From Candidatus Kerfeldbacteria bacterium (GTDB taxonomy: Bacteria > Patescibacteriota > Patescibacteriia > UBA10025 > JAHIVO01), in contig JACROE010000002.1 of NCBI GenBank assembly GCA_016214565.1, forward strand, positions 344,007 to 408,006: a stretch of 64,000 bases of DNA, in the 5' to 3' direction. The position numbers and the translations under genes are program-made. The notes under the pieces were generated by a model, which was not told the DNA's origin, did no database searches, and saw only the letters and a program-made list of their open reading frames with translations. Positions within the stretch are counted from its first letter, which is position 1; the number at the start of each line of letters is the position of its first letter. Positions 28,928 to 39,596 of this stretch are shown here, piece after piece.

Positions 28928-29566
28928 TTATATATAATCCTGTAATGCATAATACACCGTCGCCAGGTAATCGCGAAGGATGGAGCGGAATTCAATCAAG
29001 TTGCGATACGGATTGCTCTGAAAGTCAGCACTGGGATAGGCAGCTATACAGGTAATCGTCACCCCTTCTTTCTCAAATACCGCGCACGCTCGTCGTGTAT
29101 GGAAGTAGGAGGTAACTACCAGGGCGGTGTTCCAGCCCCGCTTTTCCATAATGCGCTTTGAATTAACCGCATTCTCGTGAGTGTCCCGCGCGTCGATTTC
29201 CTCTACGATCGTATCGTGAGGCTGACCATGCTGTTCTGCAAAAGCGCGCATAATTCTACTTTCTCTCAAATCAGTTGTATCAACCAATCCTCCGGTCAAA
29301 ATAAGTACCGATCCAAATCGCTCGCGCCACAACTCCATGCCTCGATACACGCGCTCCTGAGGCCCATACGGCAATGATTCTGTTTCCACGATCACTCCGC
29401 CACCCAAAACAATGATAACATCCGACTTTCGCGGCACCTCGTCACGGACGAGCGGCTGCGCTAACCACTGATTAAGCGGGGTATACATCGCACAGAGCAC
29501 CACCAGCAACCCGGCCAGCGTCACCCACATGAGGAATAGTCGCATAACTTGCCACGGTGATCTCAT
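28928..29566 (-). CDS. DUF218/YdcF-like (SanA/ElyC family) protein with an N-terminal transmembrane anchor
   Basis: DVIIVLGGGV, ILTGG and HMRRA-like segments. Confidence 0.6.
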   Translation of the reverse strand: MRSPWQVMRLFLMWVTLAGLLVVLCAMYTPLNQWLAQPLVRDEVPRKSDVIIVLGGGVIVETESLPYGPQERVYRGMELWRERFGSVLILTGGLVDTTDLRESRIMRAFAEQHGQPHDTIVEEIDARDTHENAVNSKRIMEKRGWNTALVVTSYFHTRRACAVFEKEGVTITCIAAYPSADFQSNPYRNLIEFRSILRDYLATVYYALQDYI

Positions 29567-30396
29567 ACGTCTCGTAATTTAATTAATGTGTTTACATCGA
29601 CAATCCGTGCCGCGCCATCCGGCGTCTCAATGATGCAATCAACGTCCCGCAATCGGGGATGGCCAATAATCGCCCGCCAGCCCGCCATGCCAATGGCGCC
29701 CTTACCAATATGTTCGTGACGATCAAGGCGTGAACCAAAACCGCCCTTGCTATCATTGGCATGCAATACCGTCAAACGGCGCAAGCCCACCAGACGATCA
29801 AAATCAGCAAATGTTTTATGCACCGTTGCCAGGGTACGCAAATCATATCCAGAAGCAAATAGGTGACAGGTGTCGAGACAAACGCCAACTGATGGATGCG
29901 TCACACCTTTGAGTATCGTGGCGATCTCTTCAAATGATCCGCCAATCACATGGCCCGCCCCGGCGGCATTTTCGATTAAAAATTGGCAGCTTCCACGGTA
30001 CCCATCAAGCGCCTGGCGCAAACCCGCAATCGTCAATTTAACCGCCTCAATGGCTCCAACGTCGCGGGCTGACCCCAAATGCGTCATCAGGGCGCGGACG
30101 CCCAAAGCCGATGACCGTTCCAATTCTTCCCGAATAATACGCGCGGACGCCTGTCGAATCGCGGCTTTACCCGAGGCGAAATTGATGTAGTAAGGCGCGT
30201 GAACATAAGCATGCGACAAGCCATGTTCCGCCATGGCTGTCTTATAACTGGCAATCACGTCAGGGGTAATCTTCCCGGCCGCTCCACCGCGCGGCGAGCG
30301 AGTAAACATTTGGAAACACTCAGCGCCCTCGGCATGGGCGTTTGCGGGAGCATTGAAGATACCTCCGGCAATCGATACATGAATGCCAATATACAT
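29563..30396 (-). CDS. nfo: Endonuclease IV (AP endonuclease, TIM-barrel)
   Basis: IGIHVSIAGG...FQMFTRSPRGG...HAPYYINFAS...LIENAAG...CLDTCHLFASGYD. Confidence 0.85.
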   Translation of the reverse strand: MYIGIHVSIAGGIFNAPANAHAEGAECFQMFTRSPRGGAAGKITPDVIASYKTAMAEHGLSHAYVHAPYYINFASGKAAIRQASARIIREELERSSALGVRALMTHLGSARDVGAIEAVKLTIAGLRQALDGYRGSCQFLIENAAGAGHVIGGSFEEIATILKGVTHPSVGVCLDTCHLFASGYDLRTLATVHKTFADFDRLVGLRRLTVLHANDSKGGFGSRLDRHEHIGKGAIGMAGWRAIIGHPRLRDVDCIIETPDGAARIVDVNTLIKLRDV

Positions 30397-30399
30397 AGG

Positions 30400-31683
30400 C
30401 TAGGCGCGATTGCGCTCGCGGAAATAATCAAAAACTTTTCGATTGCGTAAAATAGTCCTCAGATAATCGCGATATTCCGGCGACTGTAATTGCTTGAGGG
30501 TGTCTGGCTGATCGGCCACGCCCTGTTGTTCCTTTTCCACCGCAGCAGTGAGTTCGGATTCCTCAACCGTAATTTTCTCAGCCACCGCTAAGGCGCGTAG
30601 GATGAGAGCTGTTTTGACGCGCCGCTCAGCGCGCGGAGTTAATTCAGTGCGCAATCCCGCCCGATCTTTTTTGATACTTTGCAGATAATCATCAAACTTC
30701 ATGCCCTGATGCGATACATCGTGCTCCAATTCATGCAGCATGCGGTCTAATTCATTTGAAATAAGAATCTCGGGAATCGGATCAAACGTCGTCTGATTAA
30801 TCAATTGATCAATAATGGCTAATTCCCAGCGCTGCTGCTCTTTCTCCGTTTTCTCCTCAGTAATATTTTTTTTAATTTGTTCCCGCAGTGCTGCCAAAGT
30901 TTCAAATCGACCAACGGTTTTGGCCCAAGCATCATCGAGTGGCGGCAAGGTGACTTCCGCGACACTCTGCACCGTCACCCGGAAGGTGGCCGGTTGCCCC
31001 GCTAAGTGTTTGGCGTGGTACTGCTTGGGAAACGTTAAGGTAAATTCTTTTGTCTCACCCTTTTTCGCACCAACCAGCTCGTCTTCAAACCCAGGAATAA
31101 AATTCCCCTCGCCAATCACCACGCGCTGCTTTTTTCCACTGCCACCCTCAATCGGCACATTATCACGAAATACTTCGAGGTCAATCTCGGCCACGTCGCC
31201 CGACTGCAGAGGCCGGTCAACCGGTTGCTCAGCGCCAAACATCCGCCGCAACCGCGTTATGGTTGTGTCGATTTCTTCATCAGTCACCGTCACTTCTTTG
31301 TGTGCCTCACGGACTTTGTGGTAGGAACCAAGCTTAATCTGCGGCACCAAGGCCACCGTGGCGGTATACACCAATTCATTTCCCGGGGCGAGCTTCTCCA
31401 CGCTCACTTCAGGCGTGCCAATGGTCTGGAGATTATGTTCTACGACGGCCTGCGGATACGTGGCAGCAACAACTTTTTCTGCGGCATGCTGGTAGATGCG
31501 CATCGCGCCCACCTCGCGTTCCAGGATATCACGTGGGGCTTTGCCCGGTCGGAAACCGGCAATCCGCACTTCCCGATTAATCTCCTGAGTGGCCTGCTCG
31601 AGATAGGGCGCCAGATCATCATGAGGAATACTGATGGTCAAGACCGCAGTGCTGTTCGATTGTTTCTGAAGAGTACTTGTCAT
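30400..31683 (-). CDS. tig: Trigger factor
   Basis: The N-terminal ribosome-binding region with IAGFRPGKAPR (FRPGKxP signature), a central PPIase-like region and a C-terminal helical arm. Confidence 0.85.
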   Translation of the reverse strand: MTSTLQKQSNSTAVLTISIPHDDLAPYLEQATQEINREVRIAGFRPGKAPRDILEREVGAMRIYQHAAEKVVAATYPQAVVEHNLQTIGTPEVSVEKLAPGNELVYTATVALVPQIKLGSYHKVREAHKEVTVTDEEIDTTITRLRRMFGAEQPVDRPLQSGDVAEIDLEVFRDNVPIEGGSGKKQRVVIGEGNFIPGFEDELVGAKKGETKEFTLTFPKQYHAKHLAGQPATFRVTVQSVAEVTLPPLDDAWAKTVGRFETLAALREQIKKNITEEKTEKEQQRWELAIIDQLINQTTFDPIPEILISNELDRMLHELEHDVSHQGMKFDDYLQSIKKDRAGLRTELTPRAERRVKTALILRALAVAEKITVEESELTAAVEKEQQGVADQPDTLKQLQSPEYRDYLRTILRNRKVFDYFRERNRA

Positions 31684-32222
31684 AATTTATTCTTTTGAAT
31701 GCGAAGCGAATAAGCTATTAAATTTACGAGAATATGGAGGCTAAACCCGACCACCAAAGCTGTACCAATCATCTGCCACGTCGGAACAACCGAAAGGCTG
31801 ACGAATCCAGCGGCCCCCAATACATAGTCAATCTGATCAAACGGCATCCAGGAAACGCCTGGCGCGATGCCAAATTGACGCTTGGCAATACTTTTTACCA
31901 TATCTCCAATCAGTGCGCCAGCGCCCAGCAGGAGTGGGAACACGATGCTGGCCGATGAATAATCCAATAAGCTGATGTCGTGCGCCCAATCATACGACTG
32001 GTACAACCACTGCTGGAGATAAAAAAACGCCGTGCCCGCAATCATTCCCGTGATAACCCCCCGCCACGTTTTGTGATCACCCAGGATACGCTTTCCCCGC
32101 CACGTATGGCCAGCATCAATAGGCAGCGCAGGTACGGGTAAAAACCGGGACATGGACGCGCCCATATTTGCTATCCCCGCCGGAAGGAAAAACCAGATTA
32201 CCTGCCCAATAAAGAACCACAT
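31680..32222 (-). CDS. DUF46/CDP-archaeol-synthase-like (CarS/CdsA-related) integral membrane CTP-transferase
   Basis: PIDAGHTWRGKRILGDHKTWRGVITG resembles the CarS/CdsA cytidylyltransferase motif. Five transmembrane segments. Confidence 0.5.
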   Translation of the reverse strand: MWFFIGQVIWFFLPAGIANMGASMSRFLPVPALPIDAGHTWRGKRILGDHKTWRGVITGMIAGTAFFYLQQWLYQSYDWAHDISLLDYSSASIVFPLLLGAGALIGDMVKSIAKRQFGIAPGVSWMPFDQIDYVLGAAGFVSLSVVPTWQMIGTALVVGFSLHILVNLIAYSLRIQKNKL

Positions 32223-32335
32223 GCCATTACAAAAAACAGTACATTAAGTACTGCCATTGTATCAGGTTCAACCTAATAATTAAAGTTGGGATAGAATACT
32301 ACGATGCCACCGTGCATATTCCCAACATTCCCGAA

Positions 32336-33793
32336 TCAATCTTTTGGTCGGACATCGACAATGCGCTTCTCCTTCAATTCTGTCTCCATGCCCAGCATGC
32401 GGAGCAGCTCATCTAAGGGCTTCTGACGGATAACCGCCGAGACAAAGATTTGATTATGTACCAACTTGTTCACCGTATGCTCCAATTGGGTAAAATCAGC
32501 TCCGGCTTTTGGCGCGAGATATATGGTAATCTCATCCAGTCCGTGCGGGTCATTATCTTTTTTAGAAATTTCAACTTGCCACTCCTCAATTTCCGGCAAA
32601 CCTGACAAGAGAGGATAAAAATCATTCAAATTTACTAATTCACCTTTTACTTTCGTGAGGTGAAATTCTTTGATCTCGGTTGTCCGCTGCAAATCAATGC
32701 CAATGCGTGGCACAGTTCGGCCACAATACTGGCACGGACTGTAGTCAATCCCGGTGGTCATGTCACCAGTGCGATAGCGAACAACGACTGATCCGCGCCA
32801 ACCAAAACTGGTGTAAACGAGCTCACCCGGCTGTCCCTCAGGAACTCGTTTTCCGTCCGTATCAATTACTTCAAAATAACCTAAATCAGGATACAGGTGA
32901 TACCCTGACTTTTCATGACACTGAATCCAGGCAGTCTTGGCTTCAGTAAAAGCGTATGTACTCAAGAATCGAACATTCGGAGCGCCGAGCTGAGCCAATA
33001 ATGCTTTTACTTTCGCGCGCATACCTTCGCTAGCGCGTTCACCACCGGTAATAAATGTTTCCAGGCCTGAGAAGTCACGCTTCTGTTTCACCGCTTCGCG
33101 TAACAGGTGATAGCCATACCCAGGGATGCAAACGAATAACCCCGCTTTCATGCCTTCGAGCGCATCCATAATTTTCTGTGTGCCCATGACCTTGCCACCG
33201 CCTGTTTGCAGTGAAGTAATCCCCAATTGCACCAGCGCGTTATACGCTTGCCAGAAAGCAAGGTGAGGCGCATAGGGAAACGCATTGATTGCCACCTTAT
33301 CGCGTGACACATGTGCAACGCCAAACATGCGCTCACCCGCCTCCTTCAGAATCTCAATGTCTGATTCAGTGTAACCGAATGCCGTGGGCAGGGCACTGCG
33401 ACCGGTCGTAAAATGAAGATGAATGGGTTTGTATAATTTTTCTAATTTCCGCTTTACGTCCTGACCGGTGAGTTTCCCCCAGATGACTTTAGCCAAGAGC
33501 GATATTGGGGCGTATTTCTTAATCAAATGCTCATCAGGCTGCAGCATGAAGGTACGCGGCTTGCCCTTATCATCAGCGGTTGGAGCGATATCTGCCTTCG
33601 TGGTAAATGGGACGCGCTGTAAATCATCGACGGTACGAATTGATTTGAAATCAATATTATTCTTTTTGAATAATTCTCGATAAAACGGCGAGTAGGGTAA
33701 TTCATGCTGAAAGAAATAGGCGACTCGTTTATTTTGTAATAAGCGTTGTTCCTCAAGTGACATCTGGGTGATGCGGTTCCAAAGATATGACAT
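32336..33793 (-). CDS. Adenylate-forming enzyme of the phenylacetate-CoA ligase / F390 synthetase (PaaK-like) family
   Basis: Domain order and motifs (TGGERASEG, YAFTE, SFGWRGSVVVRYRTGD) resemble the PaaK/CapK family. Confidence 0.55.
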   Translation of the reverse strand: MSYLWNRITQMSLEEQRLLQNKRVAYFFQHELPYSPFYRELFKKNNIDFKSIRTVDDLQRVPFTTKADIAPTADDKGKPRTFMLQPDEHLIKKYAPISLLAKVIWGKLTGQDVKRKLEKLYKPIHLHFTTGRSALPTAFGYTESDIEILKEAGERMFGVAHVSRDKVAINAFPYAPHLAFWQAYNALVQLGITSLQTGGGKVMGTQKIMDALEGMKAGLFVCIPGYGYHLLREAVKQKRDFSGLETFITGGERASEGMRAKVKALLAQLGAPNVRFLSTYAFTEAKTAWIQCHEKSGYHLYPDLGYFEVIDTDGKRVPEGQPGELVYTSFGWRGSVVVRYRTGDMTTGIDYSPCQYCGRTVPRIGIDLQRTTEIKEFHLTKVKGELVNLNDFYPLLSGLPEIEEWQVEISKKDNDPHGLDEITIYLAPKAGADFTQLEHTVNKLVHNQIFVSAVIRQKPLDELLRMLGMETELKEKRIVDVRPKD

Positions 33794-33803
33794 AGTGTGT
33801 TCG

Positions 33804-34499
33804 TTAATTTTTCCTATTAATATGTGTTAACCCATCAATACGATCCATAATAAAATGTGTAGCTTCAACCAACACATCCTTACTCAAGTCCCGCCCGTAG
33901 TACTGCGTCAGTTCAAATGGCTTGCCGATGTGGATTTCTAACGCGTGTGGGTTTAAGAGTATATTTTTTATAACCTGGCGCCGGCGATACAATTTCGGAA
34001 GATCAGGACGCACCGTCACGTCGTGCACCATGCCTATAGGCACAATCGGCACCCGATTCCAGATGGCCAAGCGAGCCGTACCAGTCTTTGCCCGCATCTT
34101 TTCTTCATTATACTCCTGAATGATCCCCTCCGGAAAAATACCAACAATGTTTCCCTTTTTTAAATACGTGTCCGCAATCTCAAGCGAACGGTGCGGGTTG
34201 TCTCGTTCAAATGGAATACAATTCGCCCATTTTTCTGCTACAATTTTTTCCCAATACCAGCCCCAGGGGGCCGTATTTGAAATAAATGCGATCTTCTGTT
34301 TGAGATAGGGTAACAGCACTGCGCCAATAAACACGCCGTCCAATGGCCCAAGATGTTTACAGGCGATAAGATAGGGCCCCTGCAAAGGTACGTTTTCCAA
34401 ACCAACCGTCTTCTTGATAAAAAACCGAACGAAGGGAAAAAGAGTTCGACGAGAAATTGGATAAAACATACTATTGGTGTGGGGTAATAGGGGCGCCAA
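33804..34499 (-). CDS. Lysophospholipid acyltransferase (PlsC family), variant HxxxxD box
   Basis: IACKHLGPLDG (H-x4-D) and GIFPEGI (FPEG). Confidence 0.65.
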   Translation of the reverse strand: MAPLLPHTNSMFYPISRRTLFPFVRFFIKKTVGLENVPLQGPYLIACKHLGPLDGVFIGAVLLPYLKQKIAFISNTAPWGWYWEKIVAEKWANCIPFERDNPHRSLEIADTYLKKGNIVGIFPEGIIQEYNEEKMRAKTGTARLAIWNRVPIVPIGMVHDVTVRPDLPKLYRRRQVIKNILLNPHALEIHIGKPFELTQYYGRDLSKDVLVEATHFIMDRIDGLTHINRKN

Positions 34500-35112
34500 T
34501 TAATGCGCCAATGGTGCGCATTAAGTCATCAGTGGCGCGATGCAATAATTCACGAGTGATTGGTTGATGACGATACGCACTCAAATCCAATGGCTTACCA
34601 AAATGAATAGCAATGTGACGATCGGGTCTCAAGAAGCTAGCAAATGAGCTGAGCATAGAAAAGCCCATCGTGTTTTGAATGCCAACTGGAATAAGCGGCA
34701 CTCCGGTTGCCAGCGCCATGCGGATTGCCCCAGTCTTGCCCAACATTAACTGCGGTGGATGGGTATTTCGGCCACCTTCCGGAAAAATACCCACGGTCTT
34801 TCCGGCGCGCGCCAGCTCAATCATACGTTCTAATGATCCGCGAACATTGCCCGGTTGCAGCCGTACCATCCCCCAATACCGGGTAGCCAGCGGCCCACCC
34901 CAGAGACGCCACATAATATCGAGCGTTAAAAATTGGATTGGTTCGGCTAAGTACGGCAACATGGTCATGGCAATGGCGGGCCCATCAAAAAACCCCACGT
35001 GATTCAAAGCCAAAATATACGGGGGTTTTTGAGGAATATTCTCCGTGCCGGTCACCGGCGTGATCACGCGGCGGCCAAGCGGGCGCAACAGTCGAAAGAA
35101 AAGCCGATACAT
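34471..35112 (-). CDS. 1-acyl-sn-glycerol-3-phosphate acyltransferase (PlsC family)
   Basis: LALNHVGFFDG (NHxxxxD) and GIFPEGGR. It is tandem with the preceding paralog and overlaps it by 29 nt. Confidence 0.7.
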   Translation of the reverse strand: MYRLFFRLLRPLGRRVITPVTGTENIPQKPPYILALNHVGFFDGPAIAMTMLPYLAEPIQFLTLDIMWRLWGGPLATRYWGMVRLQPGNVRGSLERMIELARAGKTVGIFPEGGRNTHPPQLMLGKTGAIRMALATGVPLIPVGIQNTMGFSMLSSFASFLRPDRHIAIHFGKPLDLSAYRHQPITRELLHRATDDLMRTIGALIGAPITPHQ

Positions 35113-35136
35113 AGGCTGGTCTTCGAGGAGAAATAA

Positions 35137-37131
35137 TTAAATAATGATCCCAATAATCAAAATAGCAACGATATTGAGAATCTTAATCATGGGATTAATG
35201 GCTGGGCCGGCCGTGTCCTTGTATGGATCGCCAACCGTGTCGCCAGTTACTGCCGCTGCATGAGCCGAAGATCCTTTGCCACCATGATTACCTTGCTCGA
35301 TGTATTTCTTGGCATTGTCCCAAGCCGCACCGCCGGTGGTCATGGAAATGGCCACAAAGATGCCAGTCACGATACTCCCGACTAATAATCCACCCAGAGC
35401 AACGGGGCCAAGGATCCAGCCCACGAGGATGGGAGCGAGTACGGGCGTCAGCGCCGGGATAATCATTTGTTTAATCGCTCCTTTAGTCACAATATCAACC
35501 GTGCGGGCATAATCTGGTTTCTCGGTTCCCTGCATAATGCCGGGTTTCTCTTTAAACTGCCGTCGCACTTCATTCACGACATACCCCGCCACAGTACCCA
35601 CTGCTTGCATGGCTTGGGCGCCGAAGAAATAAGGCAGTAAGCCGCCAATAAATAATCCCACAATCACATACGGATCATCCAGAGAAAAATCAAAAAATTT
35701 TCCTTGAGCCGCCAGTTCCTCAATATATGAAGCAAAGAGGACAATCGCCGCGAGACCGGCCGAACCGATGGCGTAGCCTTTCGTGATTGCCTTCGTCGTA
35801 TTGCCGACCGCATCCAATGCATCAGTGACTTCTCGAACGTCCTCGGGCAATTTTGACATTTCAGCAATGCCGCCAGCGTTGTCTGTAATCGGACCAAATG
35901 AGTCAATCGTGACGATGATGCCGGCGAGTGACAACATGCTCATCACCGCGATAGCAATACCATATACATCAGCTAAGGCATACGCACCGAGAATACCCGC
36001 GGCAATCACCACCACCGGCAATGCGGTTGATTTCATGCTGACCGCGAGTCCGGTAATAATATTGGTGCCGTGACCTGTCTCAGAGCTCTCCGCCACTGAT
36101 TTCACCGGGCCGTATTTGGTCGAGGTATAATATTCAGTCAATAGAACGATCAGTGCAGTTACGACCAAACCAATCAATGCGGCAAAATAAATGCTGAGCG
36201 TAGTGTACTGTCCATTATCAGCCATCAACCAATTAGTAATAGGGAAGAAACCAATCGCGGCTAAGACGCCAGATACGATCAACCCCTTATACAGAGCCCC
36301 CATAATGCTTTTCCCTTTGCCCAATCGGATAAATATGACACCAAGGATAGAACAGATAATTGCCAGCGCACCAATCACCAGTGGGAAGAGTAGCGCATTT
36401 TCGAAATTATCAAACGTCAATGAACCGAGTAACATTGCGGCTACGGCCGTGACCGCATAAGTTTCAAATAAATCAGCTGCCATACCCGCACAATCGCCAA
36501 CGTTATCTCCCACGTTATCAGCAATCACAGCTGGATTGCGTGGATCATCCTCGGGAATACCCGCCTCTACTTTACCCACTAAATCCGCGCCCACATCTGC
36601 TGCTTTGGTATAGATACCGCCGCCGAGCCGGGCAAAAATTGAGATTAAACTACCACCAAAACCAAGACCAACTAAAGCAGACACGTCTTTGGTAATGGCA
36701 TAATAACCAGCGACACCCAATAACCCTAAACCAACCACGAGTAAACCAGTGACGGCACCACCGCGTGCGGCGATGGCTAATGCCGCGCCAAGCCCCGATC
36801 GAGCTGCTTCAGCAGTGCGCACATTGGCGCGGACAGAAATATTCATGCCAATATAGCCAGCAACAGCCGAAAGAATTGCACCAATTACGAAACCAATACC
36901 AGTTTGGATGTCCAGGAGCCACCAGAGTAAACCAAAAATAAACACCGCAATAACAGCAACCGTGCGATATTGACGGTTGAGATACGCACGTGCGCCCTGC
37001 TGAATAGCCAGCGCAATTTCTTGCATGGTTTCATTACCTGCGGGCTTGCGTAAGATCCAACGAACTAACCAGAGGCCATAAAGAATAGCGGCAATAGCGG
37101 CGGCCAGAGAGATATAGAGTGCGTTTGACAT
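35137..37131 (-). CDS. hppA: Membrane-bound proton-translocating pyrophosphatase, K+-independent type
   Basis: [43 protein letters not shown] and [13 protein letters not shown] are present. GNTTKA (Lys rather than Ala) predicts K+ independence, following the published A/K rule. Confidence 0.85.
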   Translation of the reverse strand: MSNALYISLAAAIAAILYGLWLVRWILRKPAGNETMQEIALAIQQGARAYLNRQYRTVAVIAVFIFGLLWWLLDIQTGIGFVIGAILSAVAGYIGMNISVRANVRTAEAARSGLGAALAIAARGGAVTGLLVVGLGLLGVAGYYAITKDVSALVGLGFGGSLISIFARLGGGIYTKAADVGADLVGKVEAGIPEDDPRNPAVIADNVGDNVGDCAGMAADLFETYAVTAVAAMLLGSLTFDNFENALLFPLVIGALAIICSILGVIFIRLGKGKSIMGALYKGLIVSGVLAAIGFFPITNWLMADNGQYTTLSIYFAALIGLVVTALIVLLTEYYTSTKYGPVKSVAESSETGHGTNIITGLAVSMKSTALPVVVIAAGILGAYALADVYGIAIAVMSMLSLAGIIVTIDSFGPITDNAGGIAEMSKLPEDVREVTDALDAVGNTTKAITKGYAIGSAGLAAIVLFASYIEELAAQGKFFDFSLDDPYVIVGLFIGGLLPYFFGAQAMQAVGTVAGYVVNEVRRQFKEKPGIMQGTEKPDYARTVDIVTKGAIKQMIIPALTPVLAPILVGWILGPVALGGLLVGSIVTGIFVAISMTTGGAAWDNAKKYIEQGNHGGKGSSAHAAAVTGDTVGDPYKDTAGPAINPMIKILNIVAILIIGIII

Positions 37132-37156
37132 ACTAAATAGTAAGTATGATTAATTA

Positions 37157-38512
37157 TTATTCTTTTGGTTCATCAGCCGGGGTTTCGGGTTCCGCGGGGA
37201 CTGCTTCCGATGCGGCGGCTTCAGCCTCCGTCACTGCCTCTGGAGCCGCGGCGGGGGCATCAGCGACCGATTCTGCGCTCGCGTCAGCTGTTCCCTCGGC
37301 TGCTTCTGGTCTCTTGGGACGCTCACCTGACTCAGAAACAATATCAATCTTCCAGCCAGTCAGCTTCGCTGACAATCGGACATTCTGGCCAGATTTACCG
37401 ATGGCTAAAGATAACTGATCTTCTTTTACTTCCGCTTTAGCGGTTTTTTCCTCGAGATTCGTTTGAACACTTAATACCTTAGCGGGGGAAAGGGCATTCG
37501 AAATAAATTTCACCGCGTCATCATCCCATTCAATAATATCAATTTTTTCACCACCAATTTCGGAAATAATAGTCTGCACGCGGGAACCGCGCTGGCCAAC
37601 GCAGGAGCCGACCGGATCAATATTTTTCTGATCGGTCCAAACGGCAATCTTAGTCCGGGATCCCGCTTCACGGGCAATTGATTTTATCTCCACTGAACCA
37701 TTGCCAATCTCAGGGACTTCCAAACTGAACAGTTTGCGCACCAATTCGGGATGAGCGCGGGACAACAGAATTTCCGGTCCTTTCGGTGTAGTACTCACGG
37801 AAACAACGTAGAATTTTAGACGCTGCCCCGGCGTATAACGCTCGTGGGGCACCTGCTCCGCCGGAGGCACGATAGCAGTAGCCTGACCCAGGTCAATTAA
37901 AACGACCCGACCCTCGACGCGCTGCACGGTGCCATTAATCACTTCCCCTTCCTTATCTTTGTACTCACGGAAAATCATATCTCGCTCAGCTTCACGCAGG
38001 CGCTGAATAATAACTTGTTTAGCTGTTTGTGCAGCCATACGGCCATAGGCAGCCGGGGGGAATAGTTCAGTTTTAATCTCGTCACCGAGTGCTGCACCTG
38101 ATGTGATCGCCTGTGCCTCAGTCAAGGTAATCTCGGTTTTTGGATTAAACCGCTCAAATTCTTCGGTAGCCTCCTCTGTTACCGGGGTAACGGGAGCGAC
38201 GGGCGTCACCGCATCGGACGATTCCGCTGCGGCTGCCTCGGCGGCCGCTTGGCGTTCCGCTAATAATTTTTCTGTAAGCTCCTTTTTCTCGTCCGTCACG
38301 ACAGTCTTCACATCAAAGACGCGCGCTGAGCCGTCTTCCATATTGAATGTAACTTTGATATTCTGGTTCTTTTCACCAAAATCTTTTCGATAGGCCACGG
38401 CTAAAGCCGCCTCAATCGTTTCGATAACCGAATCAAGCGAAATATGCTTCTCTTCGCAAATAATTTTTGCTGCTTCTAATATCTCTTGTGCTTGTGATTT
38501 CATACGCGCCAC
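37157..38512 (-). CDS. nusA: Transcription termination/antitermination factor NusA, with an acidic/Ala-rich linker and tail
   Basis: N-terminal domain, S1 domain (GEVINGTVQRVEGRVVLIDLG), two KH domains (GQRGSRVQ, GKSGQNVRL). Confidence 0.85.
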   Translation of the reverse strand: MARMKSQAQEILEAAKIICEEKHISLDSVIETIEAALAVAYRKDFGEKNQNIKVTFNMEDGSARVFDVKTVVTDEKKELTEKLLAERQAAAEAAAAESSDAVTPVAPVTPVTEEATEEFERFNPKTEITLTEAQAITSGAALGDEIKTELFPPAAYGRMAAQTAKQVIIQRLREAERDMIFREYKDKEGEVINGTVQRVEGRVVLIDLGQATAIVPPAEQVPHERYTPGQRLKFYVVSVSTTPKGPEILLSRAHPELVRKLFSLEVPEIGNGSVEIKSIAREAGSRTKIAVWTDQKNIDPVGSCVGQRGSRVQTIISEIGGEKIDIIEWDDDAVKFISNALSPAKVLSVQTNLEEKTAKAEVKEDQLSLAIGKSGQNVRLSAKLTGWKIDIVSESGERPKRPEAAEGTADASAESVADAPAAAPEAVTEAEAAASEAVPAEPETPADEPKE

Positions 38513-38598
38513 GATAATTTAGTACTAAAAAAACCAGTTATCATCATGATAACTAGTTATGCCATGAGTATAGACCAGCGAGAACCAGCCGTCAAGCC

Positions 38599-38958
38599 TC
38601 ACTCGAGCGGCATATGTCGATAATAGGTCAGGGGGCCATCGGGACGCACGATCGCCAGATCAAAGCGATATCGATTCGTCCACTGTACATTGGAGACGTA
38701 TAGGCTGATGCTCGCAGCTAACCGCTCCTGTTGTAACGGATGGAGGACTGGGAATCGCCCCAACCAATCTACCGATCGAGTTTTTACTTCAATAAATACC
38801 AATTCGTGAGCGCGGCAATCATAACTTATGATATCAATCTCACCATAACGGCAATGCCATTGCCGCGCCAATATCACATGTTGATTCCTGGCGAGATACT
38901 GCGCCACACGCGCCTCTCCTTGATTGCCAATTTTTTTCTGATACGACATATCTTCCAC
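38599..38958 (-). CDS. YraN-family (UPF0102) endonuclease
   Basis: GEARVAQYL...YGEIDII...LVFIEVKTR. Confidence 0.75.
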   Translation of the reverse strand: MEDMSYQKKIGNQGEARVAQYLARNQHVILARQWHCRYGEIDIISYDCRAHELVFIEVKTRSVDWLGRFPVLHPLQQERLAASISLYVSNVQWTNRYRFDLAIVRPDGPLTYYRHMPLE

Positions 38959-39004
38959 ACACTCAATTAGCGTGGGGAAGGTTTACTGACGTATAGATCT
39001 GAGA

Positions 39005-39589
39005 CTAGGCGTGCCGCTCGAAAACTAAGCCAAAATGATACGGCCCCGCCTCGATTTCACGGCGAAATTGAAAATGATGCTTCTCCAATAATGTCATAAC
39101 CGCCTCCGGCTCGATTCGATGAGTAGCGGGCGGGCCAAACTGCATATTGCTCTTTCGCCAATCAACGACAACTACGGTACTTCCCGGCTTGCCGATACGT
39201 TCAATTTCATTAATGATATTGTCTTGAGCTTTTGATTGTGACAGCAGCTGCACGAGGAGCGTCATGTCTATCGAATGATCATGAATTTTTTGTGCTCCAC
39301 CCACGCGCTCGGCATCTGACCAAACGGTGGTGAGATTCGCCAAACCAAACATTTTTGCTTTGCTTCTCAGCGCGGAGAGGGCGTCCTTCAATATGTCGAC
39401 AGAATACACATGTCCCGCATCGCCAACGATGCGCGCCGCCGCAATGGAAAAATATCCGCCGCCGCACCCAATATCGGCCACGTGCTTCCCGGCAACTAAT
39501 CCTGCCTTGGCTAAAATATTTTCCGGATGGAGAAAGGTAGAGCTTGAATGTGTAAAGCCAGTCATAAGAGTGTACTCATAGTATAGCAC
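39005..39589 (-). CDS. Class I SAM-dependent methyltransferase
   Basis: VADIGCGGGYFS (motif I) and VYSVDI (motif II). Confidence 0.7.
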   Translation of the reverse strand: MLYYEYTLMTGFTHSSSTFLHPENILAKAGLVAGKHVADIGCGGGYFSIAAARIVGDAGHVYSVDILKDALSALRSKAKMFGLANLTTVWSDAERVGGAQKIHDHSIDMTLLVQLLSQSKAQDNIINEIERIGKPGSTVVVVDWRKSNMQFGPPATHRIEPEAVMTLLEKHHFQFRREIEAGPYHFGLVFERHA

Positions 39590-39596
39590 AAGTGCT

